Of a stretch of 64,000 nucleotides of DNA, positions 1 to 9,368 are shown piece after piece. The position numbers were made by a program, and so were the translations under genes. Where the stretch lies: the IMG/VR virus record IMGVR_UViG_3300010354_000047, positions 1 to 64,000 of that record; one strand, written 5' to 3'. The notes under the pieces are model-generated. The model was not told the DNA's origin. It searched no databases and saw only the letters and a list, made by a program, of their open reading frames with translations. The stretch's first letter is position 1. Each line of letters opens with the position of its first letter. This DNA is from a virus.

Positions 1-2
1 AA

Positions 3-380
3 TCTTTCAATATTAAAACAGCACCCATTGGAAAAACACTTCCAATGGGTACAGTAATTGAACGATATAATAATTGTGTTATTGTTGCGGCACCAGAAAG
101 CACCGTAGTCCGCTGCACTTGGTCTCAAGGATTTAAGCCTGTTTTCGATTCCCTTAAGAATTATGGGTTTATTCCGTCCCAATGGTATATCCCTACCGAA
201 GAAGAACTTCAACTTGCTTTAAAAAACTGCAGGCAAAGATTCTCCTCCCCCTGCTATTGGAGTAGTACGAAGATGAGTTCGGTGAAAGCATACCGCATTA
301 CCACCTATGATGGTAATGCATTTGGAGATGATATGAATTCGTATTGGTGGGCTCGCGCTTTCAGGCGTATTGTTTTTTGA
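3..380 (+). CDS. DUF1566/Lcl-like C-type-lectin-fold protein (5' end outside the window)
   Basis: Frame is open from position 3 (SFNIKTAPIGKTLPMG aligns with paralog 2). Motifs WYIPTEEEL, YWSST, terminal ARAFRR. Confidence 0.75.
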   Translation, partial: SFNIKTAPIGKTLPMGTVIERYNNCVIVAAPESTVVRCTWSQGFKPVFDSLKNYGFIPSQWYIPTEEELQLALKNCRQRFSSPCYWSSTKMSSVKAYRITTYDGNAFGDDMNSYWWARAFRRIVF

Positions 381-387
381 CCTTTGA
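360..387 (+). repeat. 28-nt exact direct repeat (second copy 855-882) spanning both paralog stop codons
   Basis: ttcaggcgtattgttttttgacctttga occurs identically at 360-387 and 855-882. Confidence 0.9.
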
Positions 388-413
388 GTTTTAATTTTTG
401 TACTTTACTAAAA

Positions 414-875
414 ATGAACCTCCAACAACTCAAGACTGAAATCGAGAAAACACAAGAACAACTTAAGAAACTTCAAGAGAAACTTGAATCATCCAAAGTC
501 ACGATTGAAAATGCTCAACCTGGAGACATTTTCTCAGACGGTTGTGTAGTTGTTGAACGCTATAAGGATTCCATCCTTATTGCTGCACCTAAAGAAACCG
601 AGGTTCGCTGTGAATGGACTCCTGAATTTGAGCCTGTCTTTACCTCGTTAAAAGAACATGGATTTATTCCATGTCAGTGGCACGTTCCTTCCCAAGAAGA
701 ACTGGAACTTGCCTATAAAAACTGTAGGCAAAGGTTTTCCTCCGCTTTCTACTGGAGTAGTACAGAGCGCAATAGTAGCCACGCATGGCCCGTGTTCTTT
801 AACCTTGGCATTTGCTGCTACAGCGGTAAGACGAGTACGTACTGTGTGCGTGCCTTCAGGCGTATTGTTTTTTGA
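414..875 (+). CDS. DUF1566/Lcl-like C-type-lectin-fold protein with N-terminal coiled coil; candidate DGR target
   Basis: WHVPSQEEL, YWSSTE...AW.V.F..G......K.....VRAFRR; ATG at 414. Confidence 0.8.
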   Translation: MNLQQLKTEIEKTQEQLKKLQEKLESSKVTIENAQPGDIFSDGCVVVERYKDSILIAAPKETEVRCEWTPEFEPVFTSLKEHGFIPCQWHVPSQEELELAYKNCRQRFSSAFYWSSTERNSSHAWPVFFNLGICCYSGKTSTYCVRAFRRIVF

Positions 876-905
876 CCTTTGATTTTGTAAGTTTTAATCT
901 AAATC

Positions 906-1520
906 GTGGACACTTCTTACTACCGCGCCCTGTGCGCTGAGCTGCTGGAAAAACACTACCTGGAGTGGCGGGCACGAGAGCGGATCAAGGCCGCCCTGGC
1001 CCAGCCGGAGCCGCCCGCCGATGGGGAGGTGGCGGAGTACGTGAGATGGCTGCGGTTCATAGCAACGAGCAAGCCACGCCTGTCAAATAATGGATATTCC
1101 CGGCTCGCCCGCGCCGCCGACCTCCTAGAACGCCTGGCCCAGCCGGAGGCGGAGGGGCCGACGGATGAGGAGCTGTTGGCCACCCAGGATCAAGCAGTGG
1201 CGTTATTCCCGCCTGTTCACCCTGAAGCGGAACCCCTGAGCGCCGTTGAGTACGCCAGGGAGCTGGAGATCCGCAAGGCCCGCGCCGCCCTCGCCCGCTG
1301 GGGCAATTCCGCGCCGCAACCCATTCCCCTCTCCGAGCGGCTGCCGGAGCCCAAGGATTGTAACGAAGGAATGTTTTGGGCTTGGAGTGGTGATGTATGG
1401 GAGCTAATACACATAGACAGCATGAATTGGGAGTTTTATAAGCATCACGGATTCACCCACTGGCTTCCTCATTGGGCGCTGCCCCTACCTGACGTAAACA
1501 CAAACATCGAACGACAATGA
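906..1520 (+). CDS. Hypothetical phage protein with DUF551-like C-terminus; GC-rich 5' part
   Basis: Repeated LAQPE motif, PIPLSERLP...THWLPHWALP. Confidence 0.6.
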   Translation: MDTSYYRALCAELLEKHYLEWRARERIKAALAQPEPPADGEVAEYVRWLRFIATSKPRLSNNGYSRLARAADLLERLAQPEAEGPTDEELLATQDQAVALFPPVHPEAEPLSAVEYARELEIRKARAALARWGNSAPQPIPLSERLPEPKDCNEGMFWAWSGDVWELIHIDSMNWEFYKHHGFTHWLPHWALPLPDVNTNIERQ

Positions 1521-2161
1521 TCGAAATATATCGTAATCTGTGTGAAGGCTTGGTGAAAGCCTGGGATACAACAATTGGTAAAGAGTACGATGATTTCGGT
1601 CGAGCAGCCGAGCACCTTGTTTCTCAAGCTCGCGAAGCTCTTGAATCTTCGGGTGAGGAAGCCTTTACTGCAAGGCGCATGAAAGCAGAAGACGGTTCAA
1701 CCCTGGGCTGGTACATTAATCACCCCGAATTCTACTGTGACATTGAACCGGAGGACGGAGTCTTAGCGGTTTATTTCCGAGACAAGATTACTGATCAGGA
1801 CGTATACGCGGAATTTTCGAAGGAAGACAAGTCTCAGCTTAGCGATGGCTATCACACATTTGAAGAACTGTACGAGCACAGGCACACACTTTGCTTGGCC
1901 CTGATGAAAGCGATGCCGCAGAATTGGTGGTTCAGTAGGAAACATGCGGATGGTGAACTTTGCTTCGGAAACGAAGACTGGTTTATTGTCGGAGCGGAAC
2001 TTCCGGGATTTGCCCCGAGTTCAATAGCGTACCATCTCCCGGCGAGATTGTGGGACTCCGTGAAAGCGACCGGAGCAAAGGAGCTTTCGGTTGGAAAACC
2101 GTGGGACGGACATACCCCGTCCGATGTAATTGACAGGTTGACAAAATGGATCAAACTTTGA
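1517..2161 (+). CDS. WDGH-domain protein
   Basis: SDGYHTFEELYEHR ... YHLP ... WDGHT..V..RL. Confidence 0.6.
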   Translation: MIEIYRNLCEGLVKAWDTTIGKEYDDFGRAAEHLVSQAREALESSGEEAFTARRMKAEDGSTLGWYINHPEFYCDIEPEDGVLAVYFRDKITDQDVYAEFSKEDKSQLSDGYHTFEELYEHRHTLCLALMKAMPQNWWFSRKHADGELCFGNEDWFIVGAELPGFAPSSIAYHLPARLWDSVKATGAKELSVGKPWDGHTPSDVIDRLTKWIKL

Positions 2162-2583
2162 CTCACTTAGAAGTTTCTGCATCTCCTAGATACTGGGAGG
2201 ATGCGTGCGTAAACGGGGAAGAAGACCTTCTCGGAAATCTAATACCTTGTAGAGTCGGGGATTTATGGAAGCCCCTGATTCGTATCAAAGATGGGCAAAT
2301 CGAAAACTGGGTGCAAGGTGTATCCGCCTACATTCACTACAAAGTGTGCGACGACGGAGAATACTGGCTCTCTGCTTTCTCTAACAGTCGATTCACCAAG
2401 TTGTTGAAGTGGCGAGGCTACTACGTTCCCGATGAATACTTGTGCCCTGGCGAAGAGGGTTTCGGAGACTACATTGTTCTGAATGTCGGTCCTGACGGTA
2501 AGATTGAAAACTGGGTGGAGCCCCGTTTCAATGCCTACGAATGGGTCTCAGTGGAAAATACAGAGGTTGAAAATGAAAATTGA
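2146..2583 (+). CDS. Hypothetical phage protein
   Basis: Coupled ORF; RYWEDA.VNG and HYKVCDDG motifs. Confidence 0.6.
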   Translation: MDQTLTHLEVSASPRYWEDACVNGEEDLLGNLIPCRVGDLWKPLIRIKDGQIENWVQGVSAYIHYKVCDDGEYWLSAFSNSRFTKLLKWRGYYVPDEYLCPGEEGFGDYIVLNVGPDGKIENWVEPRFNAYEWVSVENTEVENEN

Positions 2584-2887
2584 AATCCCAAACCGAATCA
2601 CTGCAAAAGAGGCTGCCATCAAGTGCTCCCAATCCAGCGATCTGCTAGCTCAGGGTGTTGATACAATAGAGCTAGCCAATTTCCTGACAATGTGCTATGG
2701 TGAGATAGCAGAAAGGGTGAAAAACCGTGACTTACAAGCTATCCTATACTTGGAAAGTTATGACGGCCTTCTGATGGGGGAAGCTATCAGGATTCTAAAG
2801 GAGGATGGATATGGAGTTGTGTTAACGAGTACACACTTTTGCAGGCTAATGATCTCCTGGCAGCATGAACTCTTGTCCTCAAACTGA
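2573..2887 (+). CDS. Hypothetical protein
   Basis: ATG overlaps the end of the previous gene. Confidence 0.5.
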   Translation: MKIEIPNRITAKEAAIKCSQSSDLLAQGVDTIELANFLTMCYGEIAERVKNRDLQAILYLESYDGLLMGEAIRILKEDGYGVVLTSTHFCRLMISWQHELLSSN

Positions 2888-2973
2888 ACAAACGTGGCCG
2901 CATCCTGACTATGAAGGGTCAAGCTGATAAGAAGGCTTCCACTCTGGCAAACTAACCTAACAACCACATTCTG

Positions 2974-3510
2974 ATGGCAATCACATACAAACCGCCTGCC
3001 CTGCCTGCCGACTTCGGCCAATCTCGCAGGTTTTCAGTTTTTCTGGCTGGCTCAATCGAAATGGGAGCTGCTCCAAACTGGCAAGCTGAACTAGAGAGCA
3101 ACCTTGCCGATCTTGACATTGACATTTTCAATCCTCGACGTGATGACTGGGATTCATCCTGGGTCCAAAGTGCGGACAACCCTCAATTCCGTGAACAAGT
3201 GGAGTGGGAACTTGACAGCCTGGCCGTAGCCAGTCTAATTGCGATGTATCTGGCTCCAGGGACCATGAGCCCGATTTCATTGTTAGAACTTGGGCTTCAT
3301 GCCGCCTCCAACCTATTCCTTACCCATAAGGGCGAACTTGGCCCATCTAAATTGATTGTTTGTTGCCCAGAAGGATTCCAACGTAAGGGAAATGTTGACA
3401 TCGTGTGTGAACGCTACGGTGTATATCAGGTTGATAACCTTGCTGCCCTTGAGAAAGTCGTACGCGCTCGGTACGATGGCTGGGGAGCCCTCCCTAGGGG
3501 GCTGTCTTAG
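2974..3510 (+). CDS. Nucleoside 2-deoxyribosyltransferase-like protein
   Basis: VFLAGSI, NPRR, QVEWE, SPISLLELGL, RKGNVDIVC. Confidence 0.85.
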   Translation: MAITYKPPALPADFGQSRRFSVFLAGSIEMGAAPNWQAELESNLADLDIDIFNPRRDDWDSSWVQSADNPQFREQVEWELDSLAVASLIAMYLAPGTMSPISLLELGLHAASNLFLTHKGELGPSKLIVCCPEGFQRKGNVDIVCERYGVYQVDNLAALEKVVRARYDGWGALPRGLS

Positions 3511-3516
3511 AGAACT

Positions 3517-3981
3517 ATGAACCGTAATTCGGGAAACCAGAGCCCAAGAGGAAACCCTATGGCCTATGACAAAAAGACCAAACTCACTCACCTTAAGCCC
3601 GTCAAAGAATACAAGGAGATCCACTTTGACTTTTGGGTATGGCAAACTATCGATGAACTGATAGAGAGATTCAAAGACTTTGAGGGGGAACTGAAAAAAT
3701 TCAAAGAGGTTGGGTGGGAAGGAGTTGAACTGGGCTACGATCATTCGAGAGGGACTGTAAAGAATCTTTACAGAACTCACTTTGTAGAAGACCAGGAGTA
3801 TAATGACAGGGTTTCTGCAGCCCTGCAAAACAAGCCAAACTGGGAGGACGCACCACAGGGTGCAAAGTCCCTGGGCATTGCCATTTGGGATTGTGACTAC
3901 AAGTACGAATGGGTGTGGTTTTACCACGAGGAACCCCACGACGCCATTTTTGTTGAGCACCGGCCCCAACCCTCAACTTAG
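3517..3981 (+). CDS. Hypothetical protein
   Basis: 154-aa ORF in operon orientation. Confidence 0.55.
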   Translation: MNRNSGNQSPRGNPMAYDKKTKLTHLKPVKEYKEIHFDFWVWQTIDELIERFKDFEGELKKFKEVGWEGVELGYDHSRGTVKNLYRTHFVEDQEYNDRVSAALQNKPNWEDAPQGAKSLGIAIWDCDYKYEWVWFYHEEPHDAIFVEHRPQPST

Positions 3982-4038
3982 CACGAGGGGGGCAATTGAC
4001 CCCCCAGTCAATCTCTTATATACTTACCGAAACCCCCA

Positions 4039-4340
4039 ATGACCACTAGTCCTGACTGGCTTGACCCAATTCGAGCACAGACAAAGAAATTGTCTGAACA
4101 AAATGCTGAGCGGAGACGGAGAACGGAAGAGCTTAGGGAGGAGGCAGAGGAGATTAGACAGGGAAATGCTGCTATAAAAAGAGAAACAGAAGCCATAGTA
4201 CAAGGAATAGTGGATAGGGCTAGATCGTGCAGATTGGCTCCCCGGGCAGACCCCCTAGATACGAAAGAAGCTGCCGAGTACCTGAAAATCACCTCATCGA
4301 ACACAATCCAGAACTGGCTTGAAGGGGGCGGTTTCCCGCC
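4039..4340 (+). pseudogene. Coiled-coil plus excisionase-type HTH fragment cut off at a promoter element (reads in frame into the HD gene)
   Basis: LDTKEAAEYLKITSSNTIQNWLEGGGFP ends exactly at the palindrome promoter 4326-4370. Confidence 0.45.
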
Positions 4341-4370
4341 CTTTACGTCTGGGGCAAAGTGCCCTATACT
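4326..4370 (+). promoter_or_regulatory. Palindrome-linked sigma70-type promoter
   Basis: GGGCGG-tttc-CCGCCC immediately followed by TTTACG-N17-TATACT. Confidence 0.75.
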
Positions 4371-4395
4371 AAAGTTACTGAGTCCTGGCTTCGAG

Positions 4396-4863
4396 ATGCA
4401 AAAAGGTGAACTACTTAACAAAATGTTGGTTCTGGCGACCAACGCCCACGCTGGTCAATATGACAAAGGTGGAAAGCCTTACATTTTGCATCCGTTGAAG
4501 GTGATGCACTACTTGAAGACGGAAGATGAAGAGCTTCAGTGCATTGCCCTGGGACACGACGTCATTGAAGATACCAAAGTAACTTACTCCGAATTGCGTG
4601 ATCTTGGGTTACCGAGCAGGGTAATAGAAGGCATCCGTGCTCTGACCAAGGTGCCAGGGGAAACCTACGACGAATACAAGCACCGTGTCTTCGCCAATGA
4701 AGATGCGATGCGAGTGAAGCTGTGCGATCTTCGGCACAACACCGACATTCGCCGCCTCAAAGGTGTGACTGAGAAGGACATTGCCCGGATTGCGAAGTAC
4801 CAAGTGTTTTACTTGGAGATTCAGTCCCGTTTGCAAGATACTAAATCGGAGTCAGGACTTTGA
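4396..4863 (+). CDS. Stand-alone RelA/SpoT-type HD hydrolase (Mesh1/small alarmone hydrolase-like)
   Basis: AHAGQYDKGGKPYILHP, HDVIEDT, VKLCDLRHN; ATG 4396 lies downstream of its own promoter. Confidence 0.8.
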   Translation: MQKGELLNKMLVLATNAHAGQYDKGGKPYILHPLKVMHYLKTEDEELQCIALGHDVIEDTKVTYSELRDLGLPSRVIEGIRALTKVPGETYDEYKHRVFANEDAMRVKLCDLRHNTDIRRLKGVTEKDIARIAKYQVFYLEIQSRLQDTKSESGL

Positions 4864-4873
4864 ATTAGCCAAC

Positions 4874-5212
4874 ATGTACCTCTCAATGACAGAACAGGAC
4901 TACGAAGAAGTTATCAAGGAAGCACGCATTGTTGTAGCCAAACGTCTTGGAATCTCAGTTGATCGAGAGCCGGTATGGTTTCTTCGCTCTGCAATTCGAT
5001 GCAGGGACTCTCTTGCAGCGGACTTGCTTGACAAGTTCATCGAGGTCTATACTGATTGGTGGAAAGCTTCCTGCTCGACTACTCAAGGAGAATCGGACTC
5101 GAAAGAAACTATAAAGAGGATTAAGTTGTTGATTGACAGGAGGGGCCTGATGCGTACCGCCTTAATGAGCTACTTGAATTCACTGTATCCCTCTCCTAGA
5201 CATGAACTCTGA
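4874..5212 (+). CDS. Hypothetical protein
   Basis: ORF in operon orientation. Confidence 0.5.
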   Translation: MYLSMTEQDYEEVIKEARIVVAKRLGISVDREPVWFLRSAIRCRDSLAADLLDKFIEVYTDWWKASCSTTQGESDSKETIKRIKLLIDRRGLMRTALMSYLNSLYPSPRHEL

Positions 5213-5615
5213 CACCCGCAACAACCTGAAGCACCCTCTGGAAATGCTCGTCAGGGTTTTGCTCTCAGGACGTACAGTCACCGAGCCCGAAGGATACGAA
5301 TACGGGATGGATGAGGACGGGCACATTCTCATCAAGGGACAACGGTTCTACCACGGCTCTGTACCGGCCATAGACCCGGAGGTAGTGTGGATGAGAGTCC
5401 CGTGCGATGTCTCAGAGCTGAAGCGCATAGCTGATCGGATTGGGCGGGATGCCCTCTGGATTAAAGGGTGCGAAGTTGTCCTTCAGCAAGAAAAGTCGAG
5501 GGTACTACGCGATAAGAACCAATGTCTAAGAAACCAGAGTGCTACAGCCCAGGTCGAACAAAGTCCTATGCCGAGATTGCGGAGAACGACTGCTTTACGT
5601 GCCCTGAACGAGTGA
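5202..5615 (+). CDS. Hypothetical protein
   Basis: ORF; long overlap with the next ORF makes the 3' end uncertain. Confidence 0.45.
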   Translation: MNSDTRNNLKHPLEMLVRVLLSGRTVTEPEGYEYGMDEDGHILIKGQRFYHGSVPAIDPEVVWMRVPCDVSELKRIADRIGRDALWIKGCEVVLQQEKSRVLRDKNQCLRNQSATAQVEQSPMPRLRRTTALRALNE

Positions 5616-6286
5616 CTTGCCTCGACTTTGTCAAGGACATGCAAGATGTGGCTGAGCGGCTAATTCCTGCTGAAGACACCTTACCATACTGGCTCCTGCC
5701 ATTCCGAAGAAAAATAGAGGCCCTTCGCCAGAAAAATGCTGCTACTCGAAGAGAGACTGAGAGGCTCCGACAGGAGAACGCTGCCCTTCGGAAGCTCCGA
5801 AAGGGGACTGATTCCCTTCGGCAGCTGCTAGAATGCCCCGACAAACTCCAACAAATCGTTGAAACCTCAATTATCGCGCCTACGGAAGAAAGTCCTGGAG
5901 AACATGTGCAAGATACTGATCGTATTAAGTATAAGTTTAAGGACGTAGGTATAGGGCTAAGGCCATGCCCCCACTGCGACAGCGCCAACCTTCGAGGCCC
6001 ACACTGCACCGAATACCACGGGGATACTTACGCTCCAACATGGTGGGTAGAGTGCGAAGAATGCCCCGCCAGCATGACTGTGTCCGGAGAGACCCCGGAA
6101 CCACTGATTGCCGCATGGAACCGCCGATCTCCCAGACAAAGTCCCGACCCAAAACTCCTGGAATCACTGGCAATAAGGTACCGCCATGACTTCGGACTGC
6201 TTGACACGCAAGTCCAGAAAGCTATACTGGGGAAAATGCGGCAGCTTTGGGAAGAGGTTGTTGGCCTCGGGTTTTACAAACCCTGA
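5522..6286 (+). CDS. Mosaic protein with coiled coil and Lar-like (restriction alleviation) Zn-finger
   Basis: LRPCPHC...VECEEC...IAAWNRR. Confidence 0.6.
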   Translation: MSKKPECYSPGRTKSYAEIAENDCFTCPERVTCLDFVKDMQDVAERLIPAEDTLPYWLLPFRRKIEALRQKNAATRRETERLRQENAALRKLRKGTDSLRQLLECPDKLQQIVETSIIAPTEESPGEHVQDTDRIKYKFKDVGIGLRPCPHCDSANLRGPHCTEYHGDTYAPTWWVECEECPASMTVSGETPEPLIAAWNRRSPRQSPDPKLLESLAIRYRHDFGLLDTQVQKAILGKMRQLWEEVVGLGFYKP

Positions 6287-6317
6287 CCCTCTGACACAAA
6301 TCAAACACACAGAAACT

Positions 6318-6720
6318 ATGCTAAGATCACAAACAGTACAAATGGTGGGCGTTTCAGATTGGGACCATTTCGTGAGCGAAACCTACGGAAAACCTTACAT
6401 GTTTCAGCAACAGGATGGCTGTAAAGGGAGGGGAGTAGAGTATATCACTGTTCCAAGTGAGTGGGACTATGATTTTGAAAATACGGTAATCCCGTTCAAG
6501 GTTAACGGAGATGAGATGGGTGTCTCTTTCGAAACCTGGCTAAACACTTCGCCGCAAGAAACTCTTCAACACTTTGAATCGGATTATGACCCCGAGTACT
6601 GCAACGATTTTTTTTTTTTGGGAAAGAAACTTCTATCCGAACGTCCAAATGATTGCTAACGACCTGCACGCTAAGGGGCTGCTTGAAGCTGGCGAGTATC
6701 TGATTGTGATTGACTGGTGA
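6318..6720 (+). pseudogene. Hypothetical gene frameshifted at a T12 tract
   Basis: After the T run at 6608-6619 the protein-like reading continues in another frame: WERNFYPNVQMIANDLHAKGLLEAGEYLIVIDW*. Confidence 0.7.
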
Positions 6721-8217
6721 TTGCATAGAAACATGAAAAACGATTCGGCTCACCTACCACTCTGGGAAGTTACGGATAACGCTGAAACTGATCTTCTGAA
6801 GGAAGAATTGGTAACTGGAGAACCGCACAGTGACGCTTCATTTGAGGCTGCTCGTATTCGCGCCATTCGCGACTGGTTACTTCCTGAAGAGACTAAACCT
6901 GATCAAATTGAGTACGGAAATTACGACCACTGGTTCTCAGACTATAGGGACTATAAGCAGAGGCAGCAACTGCGTTCTCTTTTAACTTCCGAGGCCGACC
7001 ATGCAGACCAGCACAATGATTGATAGTATACTTGAGAGAGTCAAAGTTGAGGACTTTGTAAAGTGCCGACCCCAGAGGGATTGGATCTGTGACTCTTGCG
7101 GAAAGTGCGGAGATAGGGATTGTTGCCCCGGTACACACACCCTGTACCGCATTCCCAGGTCCGACGACAGCCTTTGTTCCGATTGCCTGAAGAATTTGCA
7201 ATCTGTGACTGCCCAACTTAATTCATGACACTACCTCAAAGTGACTGACCAACACCCACTAGTTCCACCAGCAGAATTGCGGTGCCAATGGCAATCGCAA
7301 TCACCCCATAGAGTGATCAGCGTTGAACGTGAAGACTACATGATAGATCGTGCAGCACAGTGGGGTGCAGATCAGGAGCTCGAAGCTTGTTGCGAATGGC
7401 TTCACGACCCGGATCTCAATGTTGATACCTACAAACTCCGAGCCGCCCGCCGACCCAAGCCGCTGAGCTTAAAGAAGCAAGCACTGTCGGAAGTTGCCTC
7501 TGCCGTAGCAAGCGGTAGCATCACCCCCGAGCTTGGAGCAGTTATTCGCCTCGCCCTGGAGGACTTGCCGGAATGACTATCTTCTTCGTACTGTTTCTTT
7601 ACTTCGGTATTGTCGGTGGTATTAGCTTCCTTCTAGGGAGATGGAGTGCTGATACTGCGGTGAGGAAAACACAAATTAAACGACCAACCCTCAAGTCGTC
7701 CAATAACAGTCCCCAAAAAGACGCAGAAAACATTCGCCGAGACTGGGATAAAATCCTCGGAATTCAACGAAGCTCAAGAAAATGACAAGTAACCGCTTAA
7801 CTCGCGCTCAAGTTGAAGACTTTCTTTCGAAGCACAAGACTAAGGAAGCAGCTCTCGAAGTCCTTCAAGACGCTGGTATAGTAGACGAACAAGGCAATCT
7901 GACTCCACCCTACCGACCCTGCACTCCGGATAGAGAGAATGAAAGTGCCCCAGTCTAGACTCGGAGGGGATGTGAGAAGTAAAATCGTTCTCAACACTCC
8001 TTACACTTTTCGAAAAGTCTTTTACAACGGCGCTACGGGAAGGCAAGTAGCTATTGCCTCCTTCTACTCATACGAACCCGAAGAAGAAATGCCCCATTTC
8101 GTTGAGTGGAGCGACGTCAAAGTGTCTGTTCCCATCGAAGGAAGGGGGGCTGGTGTGTCGAGGTCAAGAGATTTAAGGATGCGGAAAAGATTGCATCCCG
8201 AGAGTGCACTTTCTTAG
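6721..8217 (+). other. Run of small hypothetical early genes (6721-7023, 7001-7228, 7241-7576, 7573-7785, 7939-8217)
   Basis: Tightly packed + strand ORFs. 7241 has the WGADQELEACCEWL motif typical of freshwater cyanophage proteins; 7573 has an N-terminal TM helix. Confidence 0.55.
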
Positions 8218-8285
8218 GGAAAGCTTACAACCGGCTTTTCACTATCCCCTCTGCCCTAATTAACGGGAAATTGTTCTGATTCTAA

Positions 8286-8294
8286 GGGTAAAAC
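8286..8294 (+). promoter_or_regulatory. GGGTAAAAC candidate late-promoter motif (representative of about 15 copies)
   Basis: Copies/variants start at 8286, 9691, 13820, 14467, 17077, 29389, 30842, 35298, 37324, 41727, 43376, 46702, 47323, 50869, 58348, 61768, all upstream of gene starts. Confidence 0.75.
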
Positions 8295-8320
8295 CTTCTA
8301 TATAGACTTAGTACCCTCCG

Positions 8321-8719
8321 ATGCAACACGGAAGTTTTGACCCCTTAGCCGTTCAGAAGTTTATGAAACTTATGGCAGAATCTGGGGAGACCGTAAACGA
8401 AATGTCTTTCTCAGAAGGCGCAGTGAACTTCTCTCGGACTGCGAAGAACGAGTCCCGAAACTTTGTTGCTGACATGAACGAGGTTCGAGGGGAGTATATC
8501 GAGAATTACGACTACACTCGGTGCGTTCGCCCCGACGGCACAGTGTATGGCAGTCGCGGAAAGTGTAAGAAGGGGGTGGAGCAGGCTAAATCGACCGATG
8601 AAGCCGCTGAGGAGAAAAAGAGAGACATGGAAGAGAACGACGCCCTTACAAAACTACAAGGAATGCTCCCGAAAGGTGAGAAGATTGTAATGCGGTCAGG
8701 AAAAGTTTTTGGAGAATAA
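8321..8719 (+). CDS. Small protein with shared YDYTRCVRPDG..YG..GKC..G tag
   Basis: Motif shared with ORFs 8731 and 9723. Confidence 0.75.
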   Translation: MQHGSFDPLAVQKFMKLMAESGETVNEMSFSEGAVNFSRTAKNESRNFVADMNEVRGEYIENYDYTRCVRPDGTVYGSRGKCKKGVEQAKSTDEAAEEKKRDMEENDALTKLQGMLPKGEKIVMRSGKVFGE

Positions 8720-8730
8720 GGAAAAGTCAC

Positions 8731-9366
8731 ATGACGAACAAAAGACTTTTTGACTTCACTCGTTGTGAGAGACCGGACGGATCTTCCTATGGTACTCGCG
8801 GAAAGTGTCGAAAAGGTGTGGAAGCTAAAAAGAGGGAGGATTTCCCTTATAAGGTTGCCGTCACTCAGGGCAGATTCAACATTCCTCACTCGGGGCACGC
8901 AAAACTAATCGCTCACATGCTTGAGAAAGCCCCAGTTGCCTACGTAGTCTTCGGGAAAGGTGAGAAAAATGTGAACAAGGACTTTCGAGCTCAGATGCTT
9001 CGAGCAGTTTTGAGAAAGGAGGGTGTGGATACATCTCGCGTCAAGTTCATACAGGGTTCACACGTCGCTTCGACTCTGAAAGGTCTCGCTGAGGGAGAGG
9101 GAAAGGAAAACGTCCTTTTCATGCTCGGGAAAGATCAGCAAAAGTTCATGGACTCTCTAGGAAAATCCACAGGAGTTAAGACAGGAGCTGTGCCAAGAAC
9201 GACTGAAGGAGCAAGCTCCTCCAGAATTCGAAAGTTGATCGACGAAGGTGATCTCGAATCCCTCTCAAAAGAGATGAACGGGGACCCTTACCTGATTCGA
9301 CTTGCTCAGATAGCTCGAAAACTCGAGAAAAACGAATTTTCAGAAAAGTTCAACAACCACGATTGA
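8731..9366 (+). CDS. Cytidylyltransferase-like (HxGH) nucleotidyltransferase with N-terminal RCxRPDG tag
   Basis: GRFNIPHSGH signature, LGKDQ, SSSRIR. Confidence 0.75.
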   Translation: MTNKRLFDFTRCERPDGSSYGTRGKCRKGVEAKKREDFPYKVAVTQGRFNIPHSGHAKLIAHMLEKAPVAYVVFGKGEKNVNKDFRAQMLRAVLRKEGVDTSRVKFIQGSHVASTLKGLAEGEGKENVLFMLGKDQQKFMDSLGKSTGVKTGAVPRTTEGASSSRIRKLIDEGDLESLSKEMNGDPYLIRLAQIARKLEKNEFSEKFNNHD

Positions 9367-9368
9367 CC

